This document shows positions 40,904 through 42,364 of a DNA stretch of 42,364 bases, in pieces. The position numbers and the translations under genes were made by a program. The stretch comes from a virus, in the IMG/VR virus record IMGVR_UViG_3300020160_000949, positions 1 through 42,364 of that record; one strand, 5' to 3'. Within the stretch, counting starts at the first letter, position 1. Every line of letters begins with the position of its first letter. The notes under the pieces are model-generated. The model ran no database searches. It was not told the DNA's origin and was given only the letters and a program-made list of their open reading frames with translations.

Positions 40904-40911
40904 TACATTTG
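40904..40911 (+). promoter_or_regulatory. TACATTTG -7 type promoter box upstream of the lysis cassette
   Basis: Exact TAnnTTTG flanked by direct repeats on both sides, 100 nt upstream of the holin ATG. Confidence 0.5.
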
Positions 40912-40912
40912 G

Positions 40913-40935
40913 GGTTACCCCAGCAGGTTACCCCA
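40913..40935 (+). repeat. GGTTACCCCA x2 direct repeat (3-nt spacer)
   Basis: GGTTACCCCAGCAGGTTACCCCA read directly. GGTTACCCC recurs at 42284-42292 (= 19-27). Confidence 0.85.
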
Positions 40936-41010
40936 TAAGATATTTTACCGTATGTAGTAGGGTCGTGTAGTTACTACAGATAATTTCCGTATATTCGCAA
41001 AAAAAGAATC

Positions 41011-41280
41011 ATGCAAAAGTTATTCAACTGGATAGGTCGTGCATTATCGGAAAACGGCAATCCGAGTAGCAAGCGTTTGTTTGCGTTCATGTTTGTCGTT
41101 ACTACCTGCATCGTGGTAATGTACAAAGTGTTTCATTCGATGGAACTACCAACGTATGTCTATTACCCTATGTTGACCATGATTGCACTACTAGCGGGCG
41201 TGGCAACTGTTCCGCAAATAATTCAATTGTGGCGTGGCAATAGCGCACAGGCATCTAAGGACGAAAAACCGACAGAATGA
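41011..41280 (+). CDS. Putative holin (89 aa, 2 TM, charged C-terminus)
   Basis: TM segments LFAFMFVVTTCIVVMYKVF and YPMLTMIALLAGVATVPQII. Lies upstream of the spanin-like and endolysin genes. Confidence 0.6.
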   Translation: MQKLFNWIGRALSENGNPSSKRLFAFMFVVTTCIVVMYKVFHSMELPTYVYYPMLTMIALLAGVATVPQIIQLWRGNSAQASKDEKPTE

Positions 41281-41864
41281 GCGACAAAACAATCAGATAC
41301 ACAGCGATAGCGATTGTAGCATCATGGTCGGTTCTGTGCCTGTCTGTACTCCTCACATCCTGCCACTCCGAATCCCGTATATCTAAGCGGGCATTAAAGG
41401 ACATGGCTAAGGCGGAACAACGCTACAACAACCGTAGCAATATAGACACGGTCGGAGCGCATTACTGCAACACCATGCACCCTGTTAAGATAGGGAAGGG
41501 GGTAGTGATACATACTACGGACACGGTGGTTTCTCATGACACTACTACCGACGTACGGGTGTATATGGACACCGTTTATCTGACTAAGCTGATAACTAAG
41601 ACTGTCCATATTCATGACACCCTGAATCGGGTCGACACATTCGAGAATACCCGAACACAGCAGTTGCAGGCGGGTGAAATTAACGGTTTACGCACCTCAC
41701 TTGTTCAGATGGGTGACAGTGCCACTAAGTACAAGTTACAGGCTAAAATCGAACGTGAGCGGGCAAATAAGCGATTGTGGTGGATTCTTGCGCTCATTGC
41801 GGTAATTGCAGCATACTTTATTGTGAAAGCACCTAAAATTAAATGGTTCGAATGGCGCAAATGA
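41277..41864 (+). CDS. Putative unimolecular spanin (N-terminal lipoprotein signal plus C-terminal TM)
   Basis: LLTSC lipobox at the N-terminus and LWWILALIAVIAAYFIV TM at the C-terminus. ATGA overlap with the holin; overlaps the endolysin start. Confidence 0.55.
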   Translation: MSDKTIRYTAIAIVASWSVLCLSVLLTSCHSESRISKRALKDMAKAEQRYNNRSNIDTVGAHYCNTMHPVKIGKGVVIHTTDTVVSHDTTTDVRVYMDTVYLTKLITKTVHIHDTLNRVDTFENTRTQQLQAGEINGLRTSLVQMGDSATKYKLQAKIERERANKRLWWILALIAVIAAYFIVKAPKIKWFEWRK

Positions 41865-42301
41865 AAGATAAGATAAGCATAGACCGTGTAAACAAGCTGC
41901 ACCCGAAAGTACGCAGCACGTTTAAAATGTTCATTGAATCGGCTGAATTGGAACTCGGCATAACGCTACGCATCACGCAGGGTCTGAGAACAATCGCTGA
42001 ACAAAACGCATTATACGCACAAGGTCGAACCACTAAAGGCGCAATAGTTACCAACGCAAAGGGCGGTCAATCGTATCACAATTACGGACTCGCAATAGAT
42101 GTAGTGCCTATGGTTGACAATAAGCCACAATGGAACTATGATTACAGCCGTTTACATCCGATTGCAGCCCGTTTCGGTATTGTTTGGGGTGGTACGTTTA
42201 AATTGATAGTAGATAAGCCGCATTTTGAAATATCGCTAGGTTATAAACCGTCACAGCTTATGGACATCACCAAAGACAAGTACGGTTACCCCCTAATTTA
42301 A
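41843..42301 (+). CDS. Endolysin, peptidase M15 (VanY / L-alanyl-D-glutamate peptidase-like)
   Basis: SYHNYGLAIDV (H-x6-D zinc motif) and DKPHFE, with RTIAEQNALYAQGR upstream; about 150 aa. Confidence 0.85.
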   Translation: MVRMAQMKDKISIDRVNKLHPKVRSTFKMFIESAELELGITLRITQGLRTIAEQNALYAQGRTTKGAIVTNAKGGQSYHNYGLAIDVVPMVDNKPQWNYDYSRLHPIAARFGIVWGGTFKLIVDKPHFEISLGYKPSQLMDITKDKYGYPLI

Positions 42302-42364
42302 TGGCAAACCAACACACAACAGTTAAGAAGTACGACCACCTACGCAATGAAATAGAACAGGAAC
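42266..42364. repeat. Terminal direct repeat, identical to 1-99
   Basis: Compared base by base. Confidence 0.97.

Noticed and set aside
1-42364. Diversity-generating retroelement, retron, stop-codon recoding, or a lysogeny module
   Set aside because: There is no reverse-transcriptase-like ORF and no template/variable repeat pair. All large genes are uninterrupted under the standard code, and no integrase or repressor motifs were seen in any listed ORF.

Overview
The window is a complete, circularly closed genome of a tailed dsDNA phage. Bases 1-99 are identical to 42266-42364, so the unique length is 42,265 bp. It looks siphovirus-like: a 1003-aa tape measure protein and no sheath gene that I can recognise. 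The host is probably a Bacteroidota bacterium, because TAnnTTTG (-7 type) promoter boxes recur, start codons lack Shine-Dalgarno sequences, and a DUF3127-type SSB-like gene is present. The layout has two parts. (i) A leftward block (1189-8348, minus strand) holds about 27 small, mostly unknown accessory genes: tiny membrane proteins and lipoproteins, an ASCH protein, an ACP-like protein, a pentapeptide-repeat protein built on 15-bp tandem repeats, a very acidic 58-aa protein, and a non-canonical tRNA-like gene. (ii) A long rightward block (8500-42301, running through the circular junction into 36-1178) holds the following modules in order. Recombination and replication: YqaJ-like exonuclease, AP2 plus DnaA-domain-IV protein, SSB-like protein, VRR-NUC nuclease, CoiA-like nuclease, replisome organizer, primase-helicase. 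Packaging: TerS and TerL. Head: portal, scaffold, and MCP, with a terminator-bracketed three-gene cassette inserted between scaffold and MCP. Tail: TMP, large tail proteins, a repeat-rich fibre, and an antisense lipoprotein gene. Then a 613-bp hairpin-rich non-coding region with a candidate sRNA, then lysis (holin, u-spanin, M15 endolysin), and last a metallophosphoesterase-like gene. I found no integrase, repressor, reverse transcriptase, CRISPR array or sign of stop-codon recoding. All calls come from reading the sequence and translations by eye; no database search was run.
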